A stretch of DNA of 63,965 nt, filler included, from Octopus bimaculoides (taxonomy: Eukaryota): NCBI RefSeq assembly GCF_001194135.2. It is 5 parts of 5 records of this genome, joined end to end, with 100 filler letters (N's around TTAATTAATTAA, not from the genome) between each part and the next. Parts side by side here need not be neighbours in the genome. Positions count along the whole stretch, not along the records: positions 1 to 7,163 come from NC_068988.1; positions 7,264 to 21,440 come from NC_068998.1; 3 more parts are not named here. One strand, given 5' to 3'. Below, piece by piece: positions 1 through 11,519 of this stretch (position 1 is its first letter; the number at the start of each line of letters is the position of its first letter). A model generated the notes under the pieces. The model searched no databases. It had not been told where the DNA came from and saw nothing but the letters and a program-made list of their open reading frames with translations. Position numbers and translations under genes: made by a program.

Positions 1-47
<47 letters not shown>

Positions 48-50
48 TGT
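1..50. repeat. (GT)n microsatellite, internal part of a family-A SINE
   Basis: Directly visible; followed by the TGTGTTTGTTCCCCCACCACCGCTT segment that follows the microsatellite in other family-A copies. Confidence 0.95.
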
Positions 51-270
51 GTATTTGTTCTGTGTTTGTTCCCCACCACCGCTTCACAACCGATGTTGGG
101 GTGTTTGCGTCTCTGCAATATAGTGCTTCAGTAAAAGAAACCGGCAGAATACGTACCAGTTTTTAAAAAGTAAGTCCTGGAGCCGTTTTGTTCGACTAAA
201 ATTTCTTCAAGGTGATGCCCCACCATGGCCGCAGTCTAATAACTGAATCAAGTAAAAGATAGAAAATAAA
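51..270 (+). mobile_element. SINE family A, 3' half
   Basis: Matches the 3' halves at about 30885-31075 and 37900-38092 (CCCCACCA.CGCTT.ACAACC...GCATGGCCGCAGTC.AATGACTGAA.CAAGTAAAAG). Confidence 0.85.
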
Positions 271-506
271 AGTTATAAGACATATATACATATATATATA
301 TATTATAAGACTATTTTTTTAACATGCAAATATTTAAGATAATATTATATTAACATGTAATGTAAAGTTAAAGTGTTCGTTGCAATGTTGCTAGGATTGT
401 CCTAAGCCATATAATTAAACATTTCCCCTGTAGACAACAAGACATTTAATATGAATTATCTTAGTTGAGCTATAGTTGCTCTAAAAATTTCATTGCTATG
501 CAGCTA

Positions 507-731
507 TTATAAATTGAAGAAAACTTTCCAGTATGGATGGACAAAATTCTTCTTCTCTATGCACGAGCAAAGGTAGGTGTATTGCTTACGATCTAAAATC
601 GCTTCTTCCAGACAGTGAAAAGCCCCTGAAAATCCTTTAAAAAAATCTTGCAAATCATGTGTTTTGTGTATGTTATGTGTACATTTTTGACTCTGATAAT
701 GACACCTCGCCACTTCAGTGTCCAAAACTAA
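507..731 (-). CDS. Possible terminal coding exon of an unidentified gene (LVLDTEVARCHYQ...HPYWKVFFNL*)
   Basis: Stop-free 75 codons in non-repetitive DNA, preceded by CCTTTAAATTTCAG acceptor (AG at 733-732); in frame with the 47-nt candidate exon at 933-979. No family recognised, and ORFs this long can arise by chance. Confidence 0.3.
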   Translation of the reverse strand, partial: LVLDTEVARCHYQSQKCTHNIHKTHDLQDFFKGFSGAFHCLEEAILDRKQYTYLCSCIEKKNFVHPYWKVFFNL

Positions 732-932
732 CTGAAATTTAAAGGATAATTTTATTCATATTCATAAAACAGATTGATCCGTTATACAACATGTAGTTCT
801 CTGCTTTATTGACTCTTTCGAAGTATAAGATTCCACCGTAGCCGTTTTATATATATATATATATATATAAAACGGAATAGGTGAATTCTTGCAGCTACTC
901 CCATTGATAATTACTAAGGAATTTGTAATTAC

Positions 933-979
933 CAACTGCCTGAGATGGTTTACTTCCGATATAATAGTTTTGTCATACT
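933..979 (-). CDS. Possible 47-nt internal coding exon (EYDKTIISEVNHLRQL)
   Basis: CCGTCTTTCAG acceptor and GTAATT donor; ends in phase 0, compatible with 507-731. Confidence 0.25.
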
Positions 980-1297
980 CTGAAAGACGGTCATATGTAA
1001 CGAACAGGCAAACATAAAACAACCCACACCAAAAAACAAAAAAAAAACACACAAAAAAAACAAGAAGAAACAAAAACAAAAAAAACAAGAAAAACAAACA
1101 AAAACAAACTAAACAAACAAACAACAATTTGTTTATTAACAGTAAAACTTCATTAACAAGACTAGCTTTTGATGGTTACATGTGTTTTATATACATGATA
1201 CTGAAGACATGAAACGGTCACCTGCTTTGTACGGTAATAGTTAAAACAACGTGTTCGGAGTACAAAAATTTAATGCATGCATGTACGTAGATATATG

Positions 1298-1298
<1 letters not shown>

Positions 1299-1358
<60 letters not shown>
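1299..1358. repeat. (CA)n microsatellite
   Basis: Directly visible. Confidence 0.95.
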
Positions 1359-1362
<4 letters not shown>

Positions 1363-1972
1363 TTAATGTTACACTAAACCTGTAGATTAACTTCTTAGAT
1401 CAAACAATTCCAGAGTCAAATTCTATGATAAATGTCGATAAAATCTGAATTAGTCAAATATACCAGTCAAATTATCGAGTAGATCTAATCTCCGCCGATA
1501 AAGTTGTCAAGCGGTGGTGGCTATAAGTATAAATACACACAGACAAATGTAAACGCGCGTGTGCGCACACACAGGTATGCGACGGGTTTCCATACACCTT
1601 CCGTCTGTCGAATTCACTCACAGGGTGGTTCGGCAAGAGAGACCAATCGAATAAGTACCAGGCTTAAAAAAAAAACAACAAAAAAACAATTGGCATCGAT
1701 CAGGGTGGTACCCTAACATGAGTCGGCCCGAAGCTATTGTAGCCCTACGTGCCACGCCGTTGGACTGAAACCGAAATCATGTTATCACAAAGTGAATTTC
1801 TTAACCATACAATCACACACACTACATACATACATACATGCATACATACATACATACATACATACATACATACATACATACATACATACACGCACATATA
1901 TGCGTGTATATATATGTATTCATGTATGTACGTATGTATATATGTGTGTATATGCACACACGTGTGCTTATG

Positions 1973-2018
<46 letters not shown>

Positions 2019-3005
2019 NNNNNNNNNNNNNNNNNNNNNNNNNNNNNNNNNNNNNNNNNNNNNNNNNNNNNNNNNNNNNNNNNNNNNNNNNNNNNNNNNN
2101 NNNNNNNNNNNNNNNNNNNNNNNNNNNNNNNNNNNNNNNNNNNNNNNNNNNNNNNNNNNNNNNNNNNNNNNNNNNNNNNNNNNNNNNNNNNNNNNNNNNN
2201 NNNNNNNNNNNNNNNNNNNNNNNNNNNNNNNNNNNNNNNNNNNNNNNNNNNNNNNNNNNNNNNNNNNNNNNNNNNNNNNNNNNNNNNNNNNNNNNNNNNN
2301 NNNNNNNNNNNNNNNNNNNNNNNNNNNNNNNNNNNNNNNNNNNNNNNNNNNNNNNNNNNNNNNNNNNNNNNNNNNNNNNNNNNNNNNNNNNNNNNNNNNN
2401 NNNNNNNNNNNNNNNNNNNNNNNNNNNNNNNNNNNNNNNNNNNNNNNNNNNNNNNNNNNNNNNNNNNNNNNNNNNNNNNNNNNNNNNNNNNNNNNNNNNN
2501 NNNNNNNNNNNNNNNNNNNNNNNNNNNNNNNNNNNNNNNNNNNNNNNNNNNNNNNNNNNNNNNNNNNNNNNNNNNNNNNNNNNNNNNNNNNNNNNNNNNN
2601 NNNNNNNNNNNNNNNNNNNNNNNNNNNNNNNNNNNNNNNNNNNNNNNNNNNNNNNNNNNNNNNNNNNNNNNNNNNNNNNNNNNNNNNNNNNNNNNNNNNN
2701 NNNNNNNNNNNNNNNNNNNNNNNNNNNNNNNNNNNNNNNNNNNNNNNNNNNNNNNNNNNNNNNNNNNNNNNNNNNNNNNNNNNNNNNNNNNNNNNNNNNN
2801 NNNNNNNNNNNNNNNNNNNNNNNNNNNNNNNNNNNNNNNNNNNNNNNNNNNNNNNNNNNNNNNNNNNNNNNNNNNNNNNNNNNNNNNNNNNNNNNNNNNN
2901 NNNNNNNNNNNNNNNNNNNNNNNNNNNNNNNNNNNNNNNNNNNNNNNNNNNNNNNNNNNNNNNNNNNNNNNNNNNNNNNNNNNNNNNNNNNNNNNNNNNN
3001 NNNNN

Positions 3006-3347
3006 TACATAAAACATAAATGAAAACTGGTGCCGCCGTTTTGAACAAGATCCCAAAATAGATAAGTATACGAAGTTTGAAAATCTTTTGGTACCAAAAA
3101 CACTACATAAAACATAAATGAAAACTGGTGCCGCCGTTTTGAACAAGATCCCAAAATAGATAAGTATACGAAGTTTGAAAGTCTTTTGGTACCAAAAACA
3201 CTACATAAAACATAAATGAAAACTGGTGCCGCCGTTTTGAACAAGATCTCAAAATAGATAAGTATACGAAGTTTGAAAATCTTTTGGTACCAAAAACACT
3301 ACATAAAATATAAATGAAAACTGGTGACCCCGTTTTGAACAAGATCC
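3006..3347. repeat. Tandem repeat, 98-bp unit, about 3.5 copies
   Basis: Unit TACATAAAACATAAATGAAAACTGGTGCCGCCG...CAAAAACAC restarts at 3006, 3104, 3202 and 3300; the array runs into the upstream N gap. Confidence 0.95.
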
Positions 3348-3539
3348 TATATATATAAGCAATAGTTATAGCGATAGAGAATATGGAGACTGGCACATCT
3401 TCAAAATTTATTTCCAATGTCATATCGCATGTTTCTATGGTTACAACCTACACATCATATGTTAACGCATAAACACATAAACACACGCAACCACTCACAC
3501 GTAGGCATATACGCACACATTTTCTACGCTCCCTTGCAG

Positions 3540-3563
3540 TATGTGTGTGTGTATGTGTGTCTG

Positions 3564-3618
<55 letters not shown>

Positions 3619-3935
3619 GTCTGTCTGTCTGTTTGTCTGCATGTCTGTCTGTCAGTCAGTCTGTCTGCCTGCCTGTCTGCCTGCCTACCTGCATGTATGT
3701 CTGTCTGCATGTCTGTCTGTCAGTTAGTCTGTCTGCCTGCCTGCCTGTCTGCCTGCCTACCTGCATGTATGTCTGTCTGCATGTCTGTCTGTCTGTTTGT
3801 CTATCTATCTATACATGCATACGTAATACATACATACATATATACATACATATACACATACATATATACATACATGATACATACATACGTACATGCACAC
3901 ATACATATATACATATACATATATACATATAAACT
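3540..3935. repeat. Compound microsatellite (ATCT/GTCT/GCCT/ATAC)
   Basis: Directly visible; explains ORFs 3417, 3541 and 3545. Confidence 0.9.
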
Positions 3936-3984
3936 GAAACAGGGAATATGTATATTATATGTCTCTATATATATATATATATAT

Positions 3985-5253
3985 ATTGGGTCATCTCAAT
4001 AAGTAATGCGGTATTTTTACACTTCTTTTATTTTTCAAAATTAAGTTCTTTCTTAATCCAAAATATACTCTCCTTCATTTTCTAAAATGCTCTTTTATCT
4101 ATCTGGTAGACTTGCAAGACTCCTCTTCCAAAATTCACTTGTCCGTGACGAAAAATACTCCTCCAGTACTGTTCTGAACTCGTTTACAAAATTCATATAT
4201 TTTGCGTTCAAATAATTTTAAAGACTGCAGAATAAATGATAATCAGATGTGGCAATGTCCGGAGAATATGGTGGGTAGGGCATCATTTCCCATTCAAACT
4301 GCTCCAGTCTTTGGAATGTCATCCTCGCTGTATGTGGCCGAGCATTATCCTGATGAAAGAACGCTTTTAACATTGAAGCCAAAGATGATCGTTTTTCTTC
4401 TAGTACTGACTTAAGCCGCTCAAGCTGCTCGCAGTAGATCTCCTTTGTTATCGTTTGGTTTGGGTTTAAAAGTTCAAAGTGGACTAAACCTTTCATATCC
4501 CACCAAACAGACAACAACACCTTACATGGGTGAAGTCCTTCTTTAGTCTGGAGTGCCGGTGTTTCTCCTTTCTCTACCCATTGTCTTCAGCGCTTGATAG
4601 TTTTATAGAGAACACATTTCTAGTCACCGGTCAATATTACGGTCCAAAAAGTTTCATTTGTGAGACGTGACAGCACATTCACTCTGCGCGCGATTAAACT
4701 CGGTAAGTTTGTGAGGAACATATTGACCCAATTTGCTGAATTTTCTGATGGCACGCAAGTGTTGATGAATAGTTGAATGACCAAATCCAAGCTTCTCAGC
4801 TAGTTCCTCAACAGTTACGATGGGATTTTACTCCGCCAAGGTTTGCAGGACGTCTTCGTCGAGCTCTACAGATCTTGCAGGACAAGACCCGTCTTCTAGG
4901 CTGTAGTTTCCGGCTCGGAATTTCTGGAACCACCGATGACATTCGCTTACGCTTATTCTCCGATCCCTATAAGCTGCATTAATAGTCTTCGCACTTTCCG
5001 TTGCGTTGTTGGCTTTATTGAACTCATAAAACAAAATATGCTGAATATTCTCCTTTGTCACTTCCATTATAGCTTTGACAAAATAACTATTAAAATCGAA
5101 TTGCATTCTTCAAAAACTTGAACTAAGAATAAAGACAAAGTAAAACCACTTTCTGCTTTTATAGTAAGTTAATGCAGGTAGTTTATCCGGCCCCACCTCT
5201 GACTTTTAGTTCATGCAATTAAAAAAACCGCATTACTTTTAGGATGAGCAAAT
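3985..5253 (-). mobile_element. Full-length but decayed mariner (DD34D) transposon
   Basis: TIRs ATTGGGTCATCTCAATAAGTAATGCGG (3985) and CCGCATTACTTTTAGGATGAGCAAAT (ends 5253) in TA context. N-terminal HTH MEVTKENIQHILFYEF; catalytic HQDNARPH...YSPDIATSDYHLF with 34 residues between the last two Asp; frameshifts and stops. Confidence 0.95.
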
Positions 5254-5635
5254 ATATATACATAGATATATACATATGCTATAGTAGGAGACACTTGCCC
5301 AAGGTGTCACTCTGTAGGACTGAACCCGGCACCATGTGGGAAGAAATCCTCTTACCTCACAGGCACGTCTGCTCTTAAGGATGCAGAAATTAGATCTTGG
5401 AAGGACGCCGAATAAATGACAGTTAAACGTACTCACATACACTACAAAGTATACGTAATCTCTTTGTGTATGCCACTCCCCACACTCTTTCTATCACACA
5501 CGCCCACATGCACACTGACACTCATTGAGAATTAACTAAGTAGAAGGATAAACTTGATAAACAGTTAGCAGGGGGAGGTAAAGAAGTAGTAGGTTTCTAT
5601 TGCTATGTATGTATGTATGTATGTATGTATGTGAT

Positions 5636-5895
5636 GGAGGCGCAATGGTTAGGGCAGCGGATTCGCGGTCATAGGATCGCGGTTTCGATTCCCAGACCGG
5701 GCGTTGTGAGTGTTTATTGAGCGAAAACACCTAAAGCACCACGAGGCTCCGGCAGGGGATGGTGGTGAACCCTGCTGTACTCTTTCGCCACAGCTTTCTC
5801 TCACTCTTACTTCCTGTTTCGGTTGTGCCTGTAATTCAAAGGGTCAGCCTTGTCACACTCTGTGTCACGCTGAACATCCCCGAGAACTACGTTAT
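5636..5895 (+). mobile_element. SINE family B (tRNA-related head), truncated at a 10-N gap; probable assembly duplicate of 5937-6196
   Basis: GGAGGCGCAATGGTTAGGGCAGCGG...GGTTTCGATTCCC (A/B-box-like); apparently identical to the next copy at offset 301. Confidence 0.85.
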
Positions 5896-5936
5896 NNNNN
5901 NNNNNATGTATGTATGTATGTATGTATGTATGTGAT

Positions 5937-6313
5937 GGAGGCGCAATGGTTAGGGCAGCGGATTCGCGGTCATAGGATCGCGGTTTCGATTCCCAGACCG
6001 GGCGTTGTGAGTGTTTATTGAGCGAAAACACCTAAAGCACCACGAGGCTCCGGCAGGGGATGGTGGTGAACCCTGCTGTACTCTTTCGCCACAGCTTTCT
6101 CTCACTCTTACTTCCTGTTTCGGTTGTGCCTGTAATTCAAAGGGTCAGCCTTGTCACACTCTGTGTCACGCTGAACATCCCCGAGAACTACGTTATGGGT
6201 ACACGTGTCTGTGGAGTACTCAGCCACTTGCACGTTAATTTCACGAGCAAGCTGTTCTGTTGATCGGATCAACTGGAACCCTCGACGTCGTAAGCGACGG
6301 AGTGCCAACAACA
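5937..6313 (+). mobile_element. SINE family B, full length, (CAA)n tail
   Basis: Homologous to copies at 55552-55943 (-) and 60634-61019 (+). Confidence 0.9.
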
Positions 6314-6423
6314 ATGTATGTATGTATGTATGTATGTATGTATGTGTGTGCAAATTTGTACACTTTGTTTAATGTATGTCTTCTCATGCATATAGTTGCA
6401 AATCTAGACATGCTCATATATAT

Positions 6424-6665
6424 TTAAATGATAAACTTCTGGAAAGTTCTACAAATTTTTACAGTTCCTATGATGGATTGGATCTGTAGTCTTCGAATTA
6501 GCTTTCTCCTTGCTGGTTTTGAGAATCCTAATTTCTCAAGACTGATATTTAGGCAGTGTGTTACATATCCCAGGCCCCCAATAATTACAAATATAAATCT
6601 GAACTTGTAGTCTGGATAGATTAACTGCAGATTTCTCAATAGTTCACTGTAGGTATTCTCACGAA
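6424..6665 (-). mobile_element. 3' fragment of an RLE-type non-LTR retrotransposon (R4/Dong/NeSL/Hero-like)
   Basis: YSELLRNLQLIYPDYKFRFIFVIIGGLGYVTHCL...LQIQSIIGTVKICRTF resembles the KY..L...PI(V/I)IG.LG...LQ..(S/A)..G...I C-terminus of restriction-like-endonuclease LINEs; clade assignment is from memory. Confidence 0.6.
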
Positions 6666-6691
6666 TGTATATACGTATATATGTATGCATG

Positions 6692-6910
6692 TACGAGGGG
6701 GTACTGAAAAGTTCCTGGCTTTAAGGGTATCGCGACAGGCCTGGTTGGAGGGCCAACCTTCCAAGTTTTTTTGCAGGGCTTACAAAAACCGAAGGACCGC
6801 TGCAATAAGTATGTGAATACGAGAGGGAAATATGTCGAATAAAATCATAATTAACTGATCCTCCTGTATTTTCCTTTACCCAAAGCCATGAATTTTTCAG
6901 CATGTCTGTA
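6692..6910 (+). mobile_element. Mariner-derived MITE (about 220 bp)
   Basis: TACGAGGGGGTACTGAAAAGTTCCTGGCTTT and inverted AAAGCCATGAATTTTTCAGCATG ends; internal DRCNKYVNTRGKYVE* resembles a mariner C-terminus. Confidence 0.8.
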
Positions 6911-6944
6911 TATATATGTATGCACACACACACACACACACACA

Positions 6945-7163
6945 CTGGATCACCGTTTCTTTCCCCTTTTGTTATCTCCCCTTTTTCTTAGCTCTCCTGT
7001 GTGAACTTTCTGTCCAGCAGTCGCCATGATAGATCGCTGATCACAACATTCAAATTTTTTCTCTCCTTGTTTTTCTCCTTGCTTTTCTCTTTATTCTTTC
7101 TGTTGAAGAGCGTAGCTCGAAACGTTAAAGACTTTCTCTATTCCCGAGCGTTAAACTAATACA
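6945..7163 (+). repeat. Interspersed repeat carrying a hammerhead-like motif (second copy 18429-18665)
   Basis: GGATCACC...TAGCTCTCCTGT...TTCTGTTGAAGAGC.TAG...GAAAC.T.AAAGACTTTCTC...CCCGAGC.T.AAACTAATACA is shared by both copies. Confidence 0.75.
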
Positions 7164-7263
7164 NNNNNNNNNNNNNNNNNNNNNNNNNNNNNNNNNNNNN
7201 NNNNNNNTTAATTAATTAANNNNNNNNNNNNNNNNNNNNNNNNNNNNNNNNNNNNNNNNNNNN
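7164..7263. other. Artificial scaffold join: 44 N + TTAATTAATTAA + 44 N
   Basis: Identical 100-nt layout occurs four times; the 12-mer gives stops in all six frames. Confidence 0.95.
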
Positions 7264-7637
7264 AAATGGTGCATCAACACCTTCTGCCCAATCTGATAGA
7301 ATTCTGGCAAAACTGTTTAGCAACAGATCGCCAGCAATTGCTTCATCACAAATTGCCATCCTAGCTCCTGTGAAAAGGGCAGCGCAAAAAGTTGTTTTGC
7401 ACAAGCATTTCTATAGCCAATTACACGGATGAAATTTACGTATGCTTAATAATTTTACGCAAAACAGCCTTCAGACTTTCCCTATTAATTTCATCGTCTT
7501 TTGAATTATGAACATATTTACATCATAAGGGTTTTTTCATTGTAAGGCTTTCTTTTTTAGTTGATTTTCAGCTAGCAAGACTTATCGTAGATGGCATAAT
7601 AAGTCACACCCGGACAAGGTCGGGTTATACTGCTAGT
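7264..7637 (+). mobile_element. Helitron-like 3' end
   Basis: GC hairpin ACCCGGAC-AAG-GTCGGGT (7608-7625) followed by TATACTG-CTAG (7633-7636) and T, the canonical Helitron 3' signature; the 5' part is lost at the join. Confidence 0.65.
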
Positions 7638-9054
7638 GAGTAATAAAACTTAGTTTTCTCAACAACTACAGGAAACAACTGAAGACATATTTTGGTCTTA
7701 TTCTGAACTCAGTGTTGATAGATAAAATAGATTAAAATGAAGACTTCGTTATTTTCCATTGTGTCACTATTCCACAAATCAAACTTGTGGAATAACAATG
7801 CATTTTGTAGTAATTTTGGTAGAATACTTATGCATGTCAATTGATTGCTCATTATCATTTAATGTCTATTTTCCATGCTGGTATGGGTTGGATAGTTCGA
7901 TAGGTGCCAGCAAGTCAGAAGACTGTACCAATACATCCTGCTTCAGCATGGTTTCTACAGCTGGATGCTCCTCCTAATGCCAGCTGCTTTATGGAGTGTA
8001 CTGGGTGATTTTTACATGACACCAGCAGCAGTGAGTTTACCAAGTAACTTGCAGGATAAGACCCCTGAACTGAGGACAGGTGGTAGTATAAAGGGAAAGA
8101 AACATACACACACACACTCACAAGGCTTCTTTCAGTTTCCATCTATCAAATCCACTCACAAGGCTTTGGTTGGCCCAAGACTATAGTAAAAGATACTTGA
8201 CCCTGAAAACAGGGATCCAATGGAAAATCTGACTAAGGAGAAGTGGTTAATTATGTTATGCTGCTGAGTTCTGGATAAATCTTCTAATGTTGCTTCTAGA
8301 CTTGAAAGAAATGGCTCATTTTATTTTTCCAGCTCTTACACACTACAGTATTGAATTCTACTTTCACAAAGTGCCTATTTATGATGTATGAATAGGATAA
8401 AAACAGGCTTGTGGTGCAATTCCCATTTACATAAATTTTTTTAAATATTTTTACTACGTAACAATGCCGATGACACCAACATTTTATTTTGTCTGTAGTA
8501 GTTTGATTCAGAAAAGAAGGCCAGATTTTTGGTTGCCTTACTTGTACTCCAATCTATCATCTTGTTCTTACACTTATGTCAGCATCAAATGATGTGCTTT
8601 CCCACACAGAGTTTTACTTTTGGTGATACTGTGATGCATTAATGCATAGTAAATTATTAAACAGACATTACTTATTCAAAATACTTGAACAAATCGGTGC
8701 TGTCTTTACCTGTGCTGTTGCCTTACATAAATGTCAGACTGACAACTTGTCACAAAAAAAAAAAAGAAATGAAAAGTGAATTAAAGTTATTATTGAAGGA
8801 ATACCAAAGAGATTTTCTTTACTGCAAGTGTCAGAAGGCATATTTTTTTTTTAATTTCAACGTTGGTAGAAAAGTTTGTTTTGTAGCAATGTAGTCTCAT
8901 GTTCAATACCACTACACTACATTTTGGATAAGTGGAAAACTGTGCAGAAGCCAATCATATATATTAAAAGATAAATATGTATAAATGTTATCACTTATCA
9001 ACATTATCATCATTTTTATATTTGCTTTTTTTGTATATTGCATGTGTCAAACAA

Positions 9055-9220
9055 GCCTTGTCTGGTACAGCGTCCCAATCAATTACCTCTTAAATCCAGT
9101 ATTTCTCTGATTCTAGGTTTTGCTTCTTACATCTGGAATTTCTTTGAATCTTCCACAGTCTCCACTATAAGTACAAAGTCACTATCATATAGTGGTCCTT
9201 AGACATAGCTGATCTCAAAG
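9055..9220 (-). mobile_element. Old RTE LINE RT remnant
   Basis: Translates to LYDSDFVLIVETVEDSKKFQM*KQNLES, alignable to ADDLALIAESLSELEKFQVWKQGLES of the 28008 RTE. Confidence 0.55.
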
Positions 9221-10114
9221 TAGTGTTATATTGTGTTCCTTTGTGTTCCTAAATAGGAGGGGGCTGAGACTGAACTTTCATGAAACTGAACTTTCAAGGC
9301 CCTCACTGAACTCTGAACTCGTTGCCAACTTTCACTTTACTGACTGCATCTCTATGCATGGCTCACAAATTCTCATCTGCATTGTATGCATGTGCACATA
9401 TGCGTATGTGTGTGTGTGTGTGCGCGCACGTGTGTGTGTGCGTGTATGTTTATTTAAGTTCACACTTGTCTAAAAACCAGTATTGTTTGTGTTGTGCTGC
9501 TTTATGTTTCTAAACTATTCAACAAATAGTTTATTAAGTAAATACCATAGAGAAATAAGATGTGAGTCAATAGCATCAAAGTGAACCCCACTGTTTAATA
9601 ACCGAAATCAGTAAAAGTATAGAAGTGTCTACTTGAAGAATTGTAAAATGTTTTTACAATGGCATTCCCTTTCTGTTATTAACTTCTTATCCGTGAAGAA
9701 GTGTGTGAATTAATCGTTTACAGTTAGGCAGCTGTTATTACATTAGACTAAAAGAAATCATTATTACATAATATTGACTCAAGTAATAAAGTAATATTCT
9801 TTGATTTGGAGTTCTAGTGATAGTGTGAACTCTAAATTATGCTAGTAATATCAACTCTAATATTGATTTCTAACACAAGACCACATATTTTGAGGGAAGG
9901 ATGTCAACCCCACTACTTCACTATCATTTCCCCTTGCTTAAATCATTTGTTGAGATTTTATGCAGATCACATTTTAGTTTGACTGTCATAGTGTTTATTA
10001 TTTTACCCAATCAGAGATGAGTAGTCTGTGAGCTATGCTTTGGCTATTTATCAGAACACATGGCTGTCCCATGATGTCTCAACTGTCTGTCAGTCCTTCT
10101 CTCACACACGCACG

Positions 10115-10163
<49 letters not shown>

Positions 10164-10974
10164 TCACTTACTCACTTGTTCAGCTAGCAGATAACTTAGT
10201 CTTTTAGCAATGACTGAATAATTTGTATAAGTTTAAAAACACATACGTTATCTATATTGTCTTTATGACTAGCCATTATATGACCATGCACATCTGACTT
10301 TACAACACTAATTGACTTATGTATATATATTTTTGTAAACAATTTTATATAGAATTTGTTTCAGCTGGTCTTGTAAATTAAGATTTCCTATATTTATGAC
10401 TGAATCCTGATACAAATTTGTATTCACAACTACTTGCTGAGTAATTATTTTTTCATCATTCTACCCCTGAATTTAGAAGTGGTGAGTTTTGTGTTGGTTA
10501 TGCAGAAAACGAATACAACAAATTATATATAACCTATCTTTGTTGATATAGTATATTTCTTACCTTTGACTTGTTTGAGTATGGCTGTGGCCATACTGGG
10601 GTGCAGCCTTGAAGAATCTTTTAGTCAAATGAATTGACCTCAGTACTTATTTTTGAAGCCTGTCACTTATTTTGCCATACTCTTTTGACAGATATACGAA
10701 TGCATCTTTGCCCTGATTTTTGGACTAATAACTCCTAACCTAATCCCCTGCCCTTTTTCATTTTACCATCTTTTTCACAGCAGCTGCAAACCAGATGTGT
10801 CAATTCATCTCCAACAACAGAGAGCAGTTGCCATATTCCCATCCATGTTGGGTAACTGATGAGCATAAGGTTATATAATCAAATTGCTGCTTAACACTCC
10901 ATTATATTCCTAGTGTGAAACCAATTGCTAAGAACAACTGTGATGGATATATATAAAACTGTACATTATGAATA

Positions 10975-11014
<40 letters not shown>

Positions 11015-11519
11015 TATANNNNNNNNNNNNNNNNNNNNNNNNNNNNNNNNNNNNNNNNNNNNNNNNNNNNNNNATATATATATATATATATATATATAAG
11101 ACTATAAAATAAGACAGAGAATTGTACATCCTCAAAGCTTTTTATTACAGTCATATGTACAATATATTCTCTTTAAAACTCTGTCCAATATGTGTTTCTG
11201 CTGCATAGATATCCTAGAATGTGGTACCCAGTAGCATCCTGTTGGTTCAATTGCACTATGATTTCATCCAATGTAAATGTATCTATCAGGTGAAATACCA
11301 TGCAATTGGTTATCTTAAACAATTTCCTGTCTTCCTTATCATCCAATGTGGTTAGCCAGAATGTGGATTTTACTAGAGTGCTTGTATGGTACCTGCCCAG
11401 ATTTCATATCCGTATCCATTCACACTATGTCTGTCTGTCTGTCTGTATGTATGTATGTATGTATGCATGTATGTATGTATGTATGTGTGTATGTATGCAT
11501 TTATTTATTTATTTTGTGT

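Noticed and set aside
1745-3244. Long ORFs of 250-500 aa in the track (also near 38567, 42687, 44169, 45754 and 61897)
   Set aside because: They are open only because N runs translate as X; the defined parts are microsatellite or TE sequence.
3006-3347. Regular repeats as a possible CRISPR array (also 40095-40360)
   Set aside because: Contiguous tandem units with no unique spacers, eukaryotic context, no cas genes.
7208-7219. TTAATTAATTAA as a biological motif (homeobox or PacI sites)
   Set aside because: Always centred in a fixed 100-nt N block; an artificial linker.
10856-10900. Other CTGATGA/TCATCAG hits (10856, 16339, 36633, about 58270)
   Set aside because: No GAAA at the base of a stem II; chance matches.
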